Part shown: positions 27,006-36,446 of the stretch, piece after piece
How the letters are laid out: each line of letters begins with the position of its first letter
Position numbering within the stretch: the first letter of the stretch is position 1
Source of the DNA: Candidatus Nanoarchaeia archaeon
Lineage (GTDB): Archaea; Nanobdellota; Nanobdellia; Woesearchaeales; UBA525
DNA: 64,000 nt
Assembly: GCA_028279755.1 (NCBI GenBank)
Contig: JANQNB010000023.1
Location: 13,390 to 77,389, forward strand
Direction: 5' to 3'
Made by a program: the position numbers and the translations under genes
The notes under the pieces: model-generated
Told to the model about the DNA's origin: nothing
What the model saw: only the letters and a program-made list of their open reading frames with translations
Database searches by the model: none

Positions 27006-28271
27006 TTACCTGCCGCGCATGACTGTCTTGACATTCCGGGGCTTAATCTCTGACAGATACAAGGTGTTCGGTGTCAGGTCAAAAGTGAGTAGGGGATCGG
27101 CAAATCCGCGCAGCATATGAGAATACAACTTTGCCCCGCCCAAATCGAGTGAGTTTTTAGACTCGTACGCAGCTGTCACGTCCTCGCTTTGCCAATAATA
27201 TGATGGTTGGATACCACATATTTGCCTTGTGACTGCAAGCACGTCCGGGCTTCCTTCAGTCTCCAGCGCAATAAATTCCAGCATCCGTACAAGTTTTGCC
27301 AGTGTGCTTGGTTCGGTTTCTTGTGGGATCACAATTGTTGACACTTGCTCTGTCGCTTCCGCACTCCGATCTGTCCATTGATCAGTGATTGCAATAATGC
27401 GATGATGATCAAGTCCAAGGCCTTGTATGATGCCAGTGTAGATCTTTCCCATGTGATCAGGTTGACAGACATATTGCCCTGGATCATCATCATGATGCCG
27501 AAAGAACGAGACTCCTGGCACTGAACAGAAAGCGTGAAAGTAACGATCAAGTGAGTATTCTGATTCAGGTTCCCCCGGGACTCTCAGCAGACCACTTCTT
27601 TGCAGAATCTGCGTCAAGGTACGCTCTTCATAATCTGCCTCCCCTGGAATGGCAGCTGCCTGGCTGGTTGTCAGGATCATCTGATAGCCATTGTCAGTGT
27701 TTATCCGATCACTCATATCTGCCAAGGTGACAAAGAGCTTCCGTCGATATGCATTCCTTTCGCGTGTGGCCCATCCATCCTCTTTATACGTTCCTATCTT
27801 TGTCCTGAAAAAACCGGAGCGTATCGGACCATCAAAATCGAAAAAGAGTGTCGGGCCGTCATATGTGGGATCAAACTCGACTTCAGGACGCAGATCAAAA
27901 TGCATTGGTGGAATGCCAAGATGAAACTCTGCGATGTGATCCATCATCTCGCGTATCGAACGTCCTCCCATCTTGAGATGTCCAAGAAAGTGGAAAACAA
28001 CGCTGTGGCAAAGCATTTTCTCCCTCCACGCAGCGTTTGCCAGTGCGATCAACGTACCGTGCGGTTTATCTTCATGCACTTGTCGGAGTAGCTCTCGCGC
28101 TTCATGCTCTTTTTCGAAGCGTTCGTGAAAGATAGTGCCGACTGCCTGCAAGCTATGGAGCCGTCGCTCTTGCCCTGGTTCTAAGATTGGGAGTGAGAGC
28201 CCCTCTCCAATAGATCGATCATAGAGCGCGACAGCTTGCAGACCATTCGTGACAGGTTTCATTCGACTCAT
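27006..28271 (-). CDS. hypothetical protein, possible HAD-like core (FFDFDGPI ... IIAITDQWTD)
   Basis: 421-aa ORF, AT-richer and with different codon choice than its neighbours. The motif reading is weak. Confidence 0.4.
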   Translation of the reverse strand: MSRMKPVTNGLQAVALYDRSIGEGLSLPILEPGQERRLHSLQAVGTIFHERFEKEHEARELLRQVHEDKPHGTLIALANAAWREKMLCHSVVFHFLGHLKMGGRSIREMMDHIAEFHLGIPPMHFDLRPEVEFDPTYDGPTLFFDFDGPIRSGFFRTKIGTYKEDGWATRERNAYRRKLFVTLADMSDRINTDNGYQMILTTSQAAAIPGEADYEERTLTQILQRSGLLRVPGEPESEYSLDRYFHAFCSVPGVSFFRHHDDDPGQYVCQPDHMGKIYTGIIQGLGLDHHRIIAITDQWTDRSAEATEQVSTIVIPQETEPSTLAKLVRMLEFIALETEGSPDVLAVTRQICGIQPSYYWQSEDVTAAYESKNSLDLGGAKLYSHMLRGFADPLLTFDLTPNTLYLSEIKPRNVKTVMRGR

Positions 28272-28336
28272 GCAGAGCCTAGAAGCAGCAGAAACTTAAA
28301 AATGTGCTCTTTTTGATTACTAAATAGTGGTTAAAT

Positions 28337-28750
28337 CTAACGTGTTGCTTTCTCCGGCACACGGTACTCTTCCCATCTGACTTTCTTCGCCTTGATCGCG
28401 TCGCGCAGGCTGCGTTCAACGCTGCTTAAGCGCGAGCCGCCAGATTTGACCTCGACGAACACGACCTCGTCGATCGCCTTGTCATCCATGCCTGTGAACA
28501 CGAGGAAATCGATGGGCTTGCCGATGAAGCGGGCTTCTGTGGGCTTCCAGGGAAAGTCCGGCAGGAAGGGCGCCAATTGCTCACTGAACTGTCCAGAAAG
28601 GACTGCGCGCGAGCGCTTGATCGCATCTTTCCTGATGTCTTCGACGTCTTCCTTCAAGCGCTGTTTCATCACCGCCTTGCCGAGCAGGTAGCCGAGCCAG
28701 GCTGCGATCGCTGCGGCGAGAACAATGAGGATGACGCTGAGGAGATCCAT
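28337..28750 (-). CDS. membrane-anchored Holliday-junction-resolvase-like (PD-(D/E)xK) endonuclease, COG4741-type
   Basis: N-terminal TM (LLSVILIVLAAAIAAWLGYLLG), then a coiled segment, then PIDFLVF...VVFVEVKSGGSRLSSVERSLRDAI. Confidence 0.6.
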   Translation of the reverse strand: MDLLSVILIVLAAAIAAWLGYLLGKAVMKQRLKEDVEDIRKDAIKRSRAVLSGQFSEQLAPFLPDFPWKPTEARFIGKPIDFLVFTGMDDKAIDEVVFVEVKSGGSRLSSVERSLRDAIKAKKVRWEEYRVPEKATR

Positions 28751-28840
28751 AGAGGCACTGGAGCATTCCCACTTTTTAACGGTTCTGTTTAAGATAAATT
28801 ATTTAATGCAGCGCTTCCTGTCCATTGATGGGGTGATAGT

Positions 28841-29230
28841 GTGGTAAATTATCTTGCAGTATTGGTGGCATCTGTCGCAGGATTTCTCGTCGGCTGGATA
28901 TGGTACGGGCCATTGTTCGGCTCGCTGTGGATGCGCCTCGTGGACATGAAGAAGACAGACATGAAGCCAGCGGCAGGGCCGATGATCATGGGTTTCATCA
29001 CGACGCTTGTGACTGCCGGCGTGCTCGCCTGGCTCTTGCAACTGACAGGGATGCAGACGCTTACCGGCAGCATCGGGCTTGCCGCGCTGATCTGGCTGGG
29101 CTTTTTCGCGACAACCAGTCTCGGCGGCGTGCTCTGGGAAAAGAAGCCCTTGGCCCTATGGTTCCTCAACAACGCGTATTACCTCGTTGTTCTGATAGTC
29201 ATAGGCCTGATTCTCGGCGCCTGGGTGTAA
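28841..29230 (+). CDS. DUF1761-family membrane protein
   Basis: GTG start. LAVLVASVAGFLVGWIWYGPLFG is the characteristic N-terminus; 4 TM helices. Confidence 0.6.
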   Translation: MVNYLAVLVASVAGFLVGWIWYGPLFGSLWMRLVDMKKTDMKPAAGPMIMGFITTLVTAGVLAWLLQLTGMQTLTGSIGLAALIWLGFFATTSLGGVLWEKKPLALWFLNNAYYLVVLIVIGLILGAWV

Positions 29231-29352
29231 TTATTTTCTTTATTGAAAACAATTTTTCTCGACGATTCATAACTCCAAAGCGTTTCGCACTCTTGACGAC
29301 ATATTTATAATCCAAGCACTTCATGGCTGGCATAAGCAAGAAAGGTGAGATC

Positions 29353-31530
29353 ATGCGAACCCTCATTACCTTATGCATCATGGGCATGCTGCTTGTCGCA
29401 GCGTGCGCACAAGCGCCTCCGCCTACAGGGGAGGATACGTATCAAGTCAACGACAATGTGGAACTCTCCGGCTCGACCCAAGAGCTGAAGAAGTTCGAAA
29501 GCGTGGAAGAGCTGCGCGACTTTCTCAAGGAAAACCAGGGCCAGAGCTATGGCTACGATGAGTGGGGTGGCATGCGCGGCGGCGTCATGATGGAAATGGC
29601 GGCAGATGTTGCCATGGCACCGCAGGCGATGGGCGCAACCAAGAGCGCGTCGAACGGCGCTGACGATTACAGCACCACGAATGTGCAGGTCGAAGGCGTT
29701 GACGAAGCCGACTTTGTCAAGAACGACGACAAATACATCTACCTGCTCTCTGGCGACAATCTCGTGATCGTCGATGCGTACCCGGCAGAGGATGCGGACA
29801 TCCTTTCGAAGACTGACATCGACGGCCAGCCGCGCGACATGTTTGTGCACGGCGATACCCTTGTTGTGTTCGTGGACCGGAACGATTACGTCTACGCGCT
29901 GCCAGAGTTCGACATCATGCCGCGACCGCATTACACGCAGCAATTGCATGTCATGGTCTACGACATCGCTGACCGTGAGGATCCAGAGCTCGAGGACGAG
30001 TTCACGATCAACGGCCGCTACCTGCAGAGCAGGATGATCGGCGAGCACGTCTACTTCCTGACGCAGGAGAACGTGCGCATGTACGATTACTGGCCTGACG
30101 TTCCGGTCATTCGCGATGCTGACAGTGTCGTCGTCCGCCCGGAGATCTACTACTTCGACAACCCCGAAGACAACTACCAGTTTGTCACAGTCGCGAGCCT
30201 CGCGCTGAGCGATTTGGACGTCGAAGCCAAGAGCTATCTGATGGGATACGCTTCCACGATCTTCGTCAGCCAGGACAACCTGTACGTGTCGTACCAGAAG
30301 AACATGCCATGGCGCTATTACGAGGACGAGAAGGAAGAGAAGTTCTGGGACGTAGTTGTGCCGGAGCTGCCGGCGAGCGTGCGCAGCCAGATCAATGCTG
30401 TCAAGGATGACGATCTCAACGCTGCTGAAGAATGGGGCCTGATCCGCGAGATCCTCCAGGACATGTACGACGAGATGGACGAGGACGATGCGGCAGATCT
30501 TGTCGAGGACATCAACGACGCTGTCCGCGAATGGGAATGGGACCGTGAAGAAGAGCGGCGCAAGACCATCATCCACAAGATCGCTGTTGATGAAGGTGAT
30601 ATTGATTACGTCGCAAAGGGCGAAGTGAAAGGACAATTGCTCAACCAGTTCAGCATGGACGAGTACAACGGCGATTTGCGGGTTGCGACGACCACGTATG
30701 TCTATAGCAGACAGGGCAGCACGCAGTGGAACAACGTGTATGTCCTTGATGAAGACATGGACATGATCGGCGAGCTCGAAGGCCTTGCTGAGGACGAGCG
30801 GATCTACTCCACGAGGTTCATGGGCGAGCGCCTGTACATGGTGACCTTCCAGCGCATCGATCCCTTGTTCGTGATCGACCTGTCGAACCCCCGCGACCCA
30901 GAAGTGCTCGGCGAGCTGAAGATCCCCGGCTTTTCAGATTACCTGCACCCCTATGACGAGAACCACCTCATCGGGGTCGGGAAAGAGACCAAAGAGAACG
31001 AATGGGGCGGCGTCTCATTGAAAGGTGTGAAGGTTTCGCTGTTCGATGTCAGCGACGTCGAGAATCCAAGGCAAGTGGATGTGATCGAGATCGGCGGGCC
31101 TGGCTCGACAACTGAAGTGTCGCAGGACCACAAGGCATTCCTGTTCGACAGGGACAAGCAAGTCATGGTCTTGCCTGTCAGGGAAGTCAAGGAAGACTGG
31201 CGCTGGGAAGACCGCTGGCGTTATTCGAACCAGCGAGTATGGCAAGGCGCGTACGTGTATACGGTGACTGAAAACGGCTTCGAGAAGCGCGGCAAGGTCT
31301 CGCACTACGAAGGCAGCGAGGAAAGCCGCTGGTACTGGGGCTCGCCCGCAGCAGTTCGCCGTTCCTTGTACATGGACGACGTGCTGTACACGATCAGCCA
31401 GCGAACGATCGAGATGCACGACATCGACAGCGTTGAAGAGATCAACGATCTTGACCTGCCGTACAGCGAACCAGACTACCGCCACTATCCAGAACCGATG
31501 CCATTCGTCGACGTCGACTGGGTAGAATAA
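29353..31530 (+). CDS. secreted beta-propeller-domain protein (COG4880 / Beta_propel family)
   Basis: Start at MRTLITLCIMGMLLVAACA, with GGTGA 4 nt upstream. YSTTNVQVEGVDEADFVKNDDKYIY and a C-terminal YLHPYDENHLIGVG are typical of the family. Confidence 0.75.
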   Translation: MRTLITLCIMGMLLVAACAQAPPPTGEDTYQVNDNVELSGSTQELKKFESVEELRDFLKENQGQSYGYDEWGGMRGGVMMEMAADVAMAPQAMGATKSASNGADDYSTTNVQVEGVDEADFVKNDDKYIYLLSGDNLVIVDAYPAEDADILSKTDIDGQPRDMFVHGDTLVVFVDRNDYVYALPEFDIMPRPHYTQQLHVMVYDIADREDPELEDEFTINGRYLQSRMIGEHVYFLTQENVRMYDYWPDVPVIRDADSVVVRPEIYYFDNPEDNYQFVTVASLALSDLDVEAKSYLMGYASTIFVSQDNLYVSYQKNMPWRYYEDEKEEKFWDVVVPELPASVRSQINAVKDDDLNAAEEWGLIREILQDMYDEMDEDDAADLVEDINDAVREWEWDREEERRKTIIHKIAVDEGDIDYVAKGEVKGQLLNQFSMDEYNGDLRVATTTYVYSRQGSTQWNNVYVLDEDMDMIGELEGLAEDERIYSTRFMGERLYMVTFQRIDPLFVIDLSNPRDPEVLGELKIPGFSDYLHPYDENHLIGVGKETKENEWGGVSLKGVKVSLFDVSDVENPRQVDVIEIGGPGSTTEVSQDHKAFLFDRDKQVMVLPVREVKEDWRWEDRWRYSNQRVWQGAYVYTVTENGFEKRGKVSHYEGSEESRWYWGSPAAVRRSLYMDDVLYTISQRTIEMHDIDSVEEINDLDLPYSEPDYRHYPEPMPFVDVDWVE

Positions 31531-31543
31531 ACCTCTTTTCTTT

Positions 31544-32722
31544 TTATTCAGCGACAGTCAGCGCTTCTTTCACCAGCTTCATCGCCTGCTCGACATCATC
31601 CGCGTTCGTGTTCCTGCTCAAGCGGACACGGGCAAATGCTTTCGCGACCCTGATCACGCCGATCACCGTTCTGGGTCCGATCTCGACCAGGAGATTCTTC
31701 TCCTCTTTCTTCAGCTGCTCGATGAAGTCGACGATCATGCTCTCGTACTTGTCGTCGAACGCGACGTTCAGTTTCAATGCGTACTCGCTGTACTCCTTGA
31801 CAAAGCGGGCGTCGCCGTCCTCGATCTCGCGCACGTCGTTGCGCACGATCTTCCGCGTGATCTTCTCCAATTCCTTGCCTTTCGGCTTGCGGATCAGGAA
31901 GACGAGATGGAATCGTGAGAGGAGCGCGTCGTCGAACGGGAGTTGCGCGCGCAGGAACTTCACGTCCTTGCCCACGAACTTGTCGCCTTTCGGGTTCGCG
32001 CTCGCGAGGACGCGGATGCGCGCCTTGAATTTCTCGTGCTTGCCTTTCTTGTCATAGGTGACAAAGCCTTTCTCCATCGCACTGTACAAGCCTGCGCGAT
32101 CCTCCTTTTTCATCAGGTTCAGCTCGTCGATGCAGGCAAGGCCTTCGTCAGCCTCGACCAACAAGCCAGGGTTGAATTCCTTGCCTTCGTACACGCCGAC
32201 AAGCCCGGCCTTGCTCGCGCCAGAACCGAGGCCGAAGATCGCGTGCGGTGCGAGGCGTTCACTGCTTCGCAGGATCTCAGTCTTGCCAGTGCCGGGATCG
32301 CCGAGGAGGAGGACATGGAAGGCTTCCTGGGCGAAGAGAAGCAGCGCTGCTGCCTGTTTCGCGTCCTGCATGCCGACGATGTTCGGAGCCACGATGCCGC
32401 TGATCTTTGCCAGCGCGTCCTTGCGAAACAAACGGAAGGCATCAAGCTTCGCCGCATCCGCTACCTTGCGGTTGATCCGTTTCACGAAGTCGGCCACGCG
32501 TTCTTCCTCTGTCGCGAGGTCGAGCTGCACCCAGCTCGTGTCTGGGCAGATCCTCGCGCCGAACTGTTCTTCATGGAAGCCGATCTTGCGCAGCTTGCTC
32601 AGGTACTTGATATCGCTGAGCTCACGCTTGCCCACGTACTGGCTGAGCCGCTTGATCATGCTTCTCCGGGAGCGTCCGAACGGCAGGATGAGCCGGAACA
32701 CGTCGATGAGCCGCTTCTTCAT
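31544..32722 (-). CDS. MCM-family AAA+ ATPase lacking the N-terminal OB/zinc-finger domain
   Basis: 392 aa from MKKRLID. APNIVGMQDAKQAAALLLF, GDPGTGKT, CIDELNLM and LLSRFHLVF (arginine-finger region) are colinear with the MCM catalytic core. Only about 105 aa precede it. Confidence 0.7.
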   Translation of the reverse strand: MKKRLIDVFRLILPFGRSRRSMIKRLSQYVGKRELSDIKYLSKLRKIGFHEEQFGARICPDTSWVQLDLATEEERVADFVKRINRKVADAAKLDAFRLFRKDALAKISGIVAPNIVGMQDAKQAAALLLFAQEAFHVLLLGDPGTGKTEILRSSERLAPHAIFGLGSGASKAGLVGVYEGKEFNPGLLVEADEGLACIDELNLMKKEDRAGLYSAMEKGFVTYDKKGKHEKFKARIRVLASANPKGDKFVGKDVKFLRAQLPFDDALLSRFHLVFLIRKPKGKELEKITRKIVRNDVREIEDGDARFVKEYSEYALKLNVAFDDKYESMIVDFIEQLKKEEKNLLVEIGPRTVIGVIRVAKAFARVRLSRNTNADDVEQAMKLVKEALTVAE

Positions 32723-32766
32723 GCAGGCCCTGAGCCGCGCGCTGTTAATAAATATTTGGAGAATAG

Positions 32767-32776
32767 TTTTATAAAA
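32767..32776 (+). promoter_or_regulatory. TATA box in the divergent MCM-like / AP-superfamily intergenic region
   Basis: TTTTATAAAA lies about 22 nt upstream of ATG 32798, with GGAGG in between. A second AT box, TTAATAAATATTT, faces the other way. Confidence 0.4.
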
Positions 32777-32797
32777 CGCGGGAGGCCAGTTCAGCGC

Positions 32798-33928
32798 ATG
32801 CACAAGCCTGACTACAACGGCGGCTCGATCCTGAATCTCATGGCCAGCATCATCGCCGCGCGCGGCGGGAAGCGCGAGTACAAAGAGCTTTCCTCGCTGC
32901 GCGCCAAAGAGCTCAAGGATGCTGACAACCTGGTCTTGCTGGTCATTGACGGCATGGGCTATGAATGGTTGCGCAAGCATGGCAAAGGCAGCTTTCTCGC
33001 TTCGCAGGTGCGCGCGCAGCTGACTTCAGTGTTTCCTGCGACAACGTCAGCGGCAATGACTGCAATCTACACCGGCGTGCCGGCGAAGAAGCACGGGCTC
33101 ACGTGCTGGCACATGCTCTTCAAGGAATGCGGCATGGTGCTCGCCGCCCTGCCGCCGCACACCCGGAGCTGGCAGCTCGACCTTGAGCATATGAAACCCC
33201 GGCAAGTGGTGCCGGTAACGAGCGTCTTCGAGAAGATCGACATGCCGAGCTTCCAGATCCAGCCGAAAGAATTCAAGGATTCCGCCTATAACAAGCGCGT
33301 GAGCGCTGGCGCAAAGATCCTGACATACACGAAGTTGGGCGGAATGTTCCGCAAGATCAAGAAAGCGATGAAACAGCCAGGCAAGAAATTCGTGCTCGCG
33401 TACTGGCCAGAACTCGATCTCATCCTGCACCATGCGGGCACGAAGAGCGCGGAAGCGCAGCAGCATTTCAAGGTGCTCGACAAGAAGCTCGCGCGCTTTG
33501 TGAAGAAAGTGAACAACGCCACACTAGTCATCACTGCAGACCATGGTTTGCACGATGTGTCGCGCAATGTCTGGGTGCACAAACATCCGGTGATGGAAGA
33601 AGCGATGTCATTGCCGCTGTGCGGGGAAGGGCGATTAGCGTATGCGTACGTCCATCCTGAGAAGGCGAAGAAATTCGAGAGCTATGTCAAGCGGAAACTG
33701 AAGCACGCGTGCACGATCCATAAGAGCAAAGACCTGCTTTCCTGGTACGGGCCTGGCAAGGCGCATCCGCATCTGCAGCATCGCATCGGGGATTATGTTC
33801 TCATCGCCAAGCCCGGCTGGGCGATCAAGGATCGTGTCTGGGGCGAAGGCGGCTCGATGAGCACCGCACGACACGCAGGCGTTTCAAAAGAAGAGATGCA
33901 CGTGCCGCTGATCGTCATTGAGAAATGA
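32798..33928 (+). CDS. alkaline-phosphatase superfamily protein (nucleotide pyrophosphatase / PglZ-like)
   Basis: 376 aa from MHKPDYNGG. LLVIDGMGYEWL, SVFPATTSAAMTAIYTG and VITADHG motifs. The upstream part of the 661-aa track ORF is antisense to the MCM-like gene. Confidence 0.7.
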   Translation: MHKPDYNGGSILNLMASIIAARGGKREYKELSSLRAKELKDADNLVLLVIDGMGYEWLRKHGKGSFLASQVRAQLTSVFPATTSAAMTAIYTGVPAKKHGLTCWHMLFKECGMVLAALPPHTRSWQLDLEHMKPRQVVPVTSVFEKIDMPSFQIQPKEFKDSAYNKRVSAGAKILTYTKLGGMFRKIKKAMKQPGKKFVLAYWPELDLILHHAGTKSAEAQQHFKVLDKKLARFVKKVNNATLVITADHGLHDVSRNVWVHKHPVMEEAMSLPLCGEGRLAYAYVHPEKAKKFESYVKRKLKHACTIHKSKDLLSWYGPGKAHPHLQHRIGDYVLIAKPGWAIKDRVWGEGGSMSTARHAGVSKEEMHVPLIVIEK

Positions 33929-35354
33929 TTTTGACTATGCCTTTTTCTGCGTCGACTTCGATAAGATCACCGTCCTTGAAGATGCGTGTGGCGTCTTTTG
34001 TGCCAATCACACAGGGCGTACTCATCTCCCTGGCAACAATCGCGGCGTGACAGCTCAAGCCGCCTTCGTCAGTGACCATCGCAGCAGCTTTCTCTATAGC
34101 AGGAACATAATCAGGGGTTGTCATGCCGGTAATGAGAATGTCGCCCTGCTTGACCTTATCGATCTCTTTTGCTGAGTTAAGTACTCTTGCAACTCCTGTG
34201 ACTTTTCCTCTATGCGCGACTTGACCTTTTACCACATTCTCATCCAGCAAGTCACCTTCAACAATCTTCAGGATATTCTCATCCGGACCATCAAGATCAT
34301 ACAACTGCATGTCCTTGAGTATGAAACCGTACCATTTCCTACGCTTATTGATTCGTTCTGTGTCGAGCTGCTCACCCTCGAGTCCTTTTTCAATCTCCCA
34401 ATAGTACGCTGCCGATACACTTTGCAAACCGAGCTTCTTCTGAATCGCTTCGAAAAGATCGTTCAATGCATAGGCTGATTCGATCAATGCTTCAAGGCGC
34501 CGAAACCTGACAAGTGGCAATTGCTGCGCATCGACAAAGAGCCTGAGCAAGCGCTCGCTGAATTTGTATTTCGATGTCAGCGCTGCTTGCCTCTCCTTGA
34601 TTGCCGCTGTTTCTTCTTGCATTGCTTGCAATTCCTTTTCAGGATCTTTCATGGCTTCAATCTCTGCTGTGAAGGTTTCAAACGACACAGGCTCAAACCA
34701 GATACCGTGATCTTCAAGCCATTTGTACTGGTCATACACTTTCCTGATCGCTGACTCTGGCGCCTTGTCGACTGCGAGTTGCAGCATGGCTGCTCTCTTC
34801 AATTGCATGGTGGATGGCTCTGTCGACGAGATCATGCTTGTCATGGTGTCGAGAAAAACAGAGAAATCCTTTTTCGGGTCGATGTGCTTGGCGAGTTCAG
34901 CCTCAATCTCTGCACGCATCCATTCCTCAGGACCCAATGGAGGGAAGAGGTGGCTCATGAGCTTGATCGCTCGTTGCGTGTATTCCTGGAATCCTTGCAG
35001 CAGGTCTGTGAAGTCTTGCCCTTTTGCCCAGGAGACGATGTCTTCGCTATCTTGCAGTGCTTTGGCAAAATACTTGCTGAGAAACCTATCGTCCTTTTCT
35101 GCCTCAGCGATCATCGTCTGCTGGAGACGCGCGAATTCGTCCTCAGAATGGTAAACATCGTAATTCAGCAAAACGACTGTTGGCATTCTTGAATCAAAAC
35201 CGAGTTCTGGATTAATGATAGCATCGCCGACTCGCAAGTAGGAGTTCATGAGTGGGCTGTTCGCCCTTTTGACCACCTTATACCAATTGACGCCAGTGAT
35301 GTCAGGTAGTGTATCTGCTTGTACAACATTGTGTTCTTTGTCGAGCATTTTCAT
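33915..35354 (-). CDS. PEP-utilising mobile-domain protein, paralogue 3
   Basis: Start MKMLDKEHN overlaps the stop of paralogue 4 (ATGA at 35351-35354). C-terminal GDILITGMTTPDYVPAIEKAAAMVTDEGGLSCHAAIVAREMSTPCVIG. Confidence 0.75.
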   Translation of the reverse strand: MKMLDKEHNVVQADTLPDITGVNWYKVVKRANSPLMNSYLRVGDAIINPELGFDSRMPTVVLLNYDVYHSEDEFARLQQTMIAEAEKDDRFLSKYFAKALQDSEDIVSWAKGQDFTDLLQGFQEYTQRAIKLMSHLFPPLGPEEWMRAEIEAELAKHIDPKKDFSVFLDTMTSMISSTEPSTMQLKRAAMLQLAVDKAPESAIRKVYDQYKWLEDHGIWFEPVSFETFTAEIEAMKDPEKELQAMQEETAAIKERQAALTSKYKFSERLLRLFVDAQQLPLVRFRRLEALIESAYALNDLFEAIQKKLGLQSVSAAYYWEIEKGLEGEQLDTERINKRRKWYGFILKDMQLYDLDGPDENILKIVEGDLLDENVVKGQVAHRGKVTGVARVLNSAKEIDKVKQGDILITGMTTPDYVPAIEKAAAMVTDEGGLSCHAAIVAREMSTPCVIGTKDATRIFKDGDLIEVDAEKGIVKIISQ

Positions 35355-36415
35355 TCGATCTTCCTCACAACACCTTTCTCGGCGTCCACTTCGACGATGT
35401 CTCCATCGTTCAGGTCTTTTGTCGCGCGTTGCGTGCCGATGACACACGGCTTCTTGAGTTCGCGCGCGACGATCGCCGCATGACATAAGACGCCGCCGCC
35501 GTCAGTGACAAAAGCTGCGCTTTTTTCGATTAAAGGAACGTACTCTGGACGGGTCATTCCAGCAACAAGGATATCTCCTGGCTTGAAGTCTTTCGCTTTG
35601 TCAGGATCATGCACGATCTGTACACGGCCTTTCGCAGTTCCGGGATATGCTGTCTGACCTTCAATCTCATCGCTTTGTTTGCCGAGCACGAGTTCTTCTG
35701 CTTTTGTGACATCATCTCCAAGCAGGATGTGCATTTTGCCTTCGTGGAAATAGAATGCGCTTTGTTTGTTGCGTTGTTCGAGCATTGCTCTGTCTGGCAG
35801 TGTTCCATCTTGGAGGTATTGCTCAAATTCGTCTTTGGTCATTGCCCGGATAAGTTTTGCTGGGTAGCCAGTTTTTTTCTCGTGAAAAGCTGACAGCTGC
35901 ATGGTGAATTCCAGGAATTTGGTGAACAATGGCTCTGCATACACTCGAGCGTCTTCGAATTGTGGCAAATATTTTTTGAGAAGCTCGGCCGGAAGGTAGT
36001 CGACCAGCACCTTGACTTGGATGTGGTAGGGATAGTACTCGAGAACATTGTTGTGCAATCGCTGGAACTCTTCTAAGCTCACATCTTTACTCATGAGCTC
36101 GTCAAAAACCGCCATAAACTCATCAGTTGTCTTCTTCAGCAGCATGCATAGTTTGTCCACAAGTGCAGGGTCTTTCGCGATCTGCGCGATGAGTTCTTCG
36201 CTGAATCGTTTCTTGTCGGCGATGGGCTGGAAGCCTGCGCCCGTGCCATCATGCCAGGTGATGATGGTCTGGTGAACATAGCGCTTGATGTTGTCGGCAA
36301 AGGGCATCCGTGAATAGAATTCGCCAAAACGCGTGAGATCCACTGGCGGCCATCTGCCACTGAATTGGCTTTCCCACTTCGTAGCCGCGAGCGCTTGCTG
36401 AATCGCTGAGTCCAT
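35351..36415 (-). CDS. PEP-utilising mobile-domain protein, paralogue 4
   Basis: C-terminal GDILVAGMTRPEYVPLIEKSAAFVTDGGGVLCHAAIVARELKKPCVIG. Confidence 0.75.
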   Translation of the reverse strand: MDSAIQQALAATKWESQFSGRWPPVDLTRFGEFYSRMPFADNIKRYVHQTIITWHDGTGAGFQPIADKKRFSEELIAQIAKDPALVDKLCMLLKKTTDEFMAVFDELMSKDVSLEEFQRLHNNVLEYYPYHIQVKVLVDYLPAELLKKYLPQFEDARVYAEPLFTKFLEFTMQLSAFHEKKTGYPAKLIRAMTKDEFEQYLQDGTLPDRAMLEQRNKQSAFYFHEGKMHILLGDDVTKAEELVLGKQSDEIEGQTAYPGTAKGRVQIVHDPDKAKDFKPGDILVAGMTRPEYVPLIEKSAAFVTDGGGVLCHAAIVARELKKPCVIGTQRATKDLNDGDIVEVDAEKGVVRKIE

Positions 36416-36446
36416 GGTTCAGAGAAATGATGCATATTTAATAAAG

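Noticed and set aside
31943-32797. First 285 codons of the 661-aa forward ORF
   Set aside because: They lie antisense to the MCM-like gene, and the sequence is Arg/Ala/Glu shadow-frame type. The AP-superfamily homology begins at MHKPDYNGG (ATG 32798), behind a TATA box and GGAGG.
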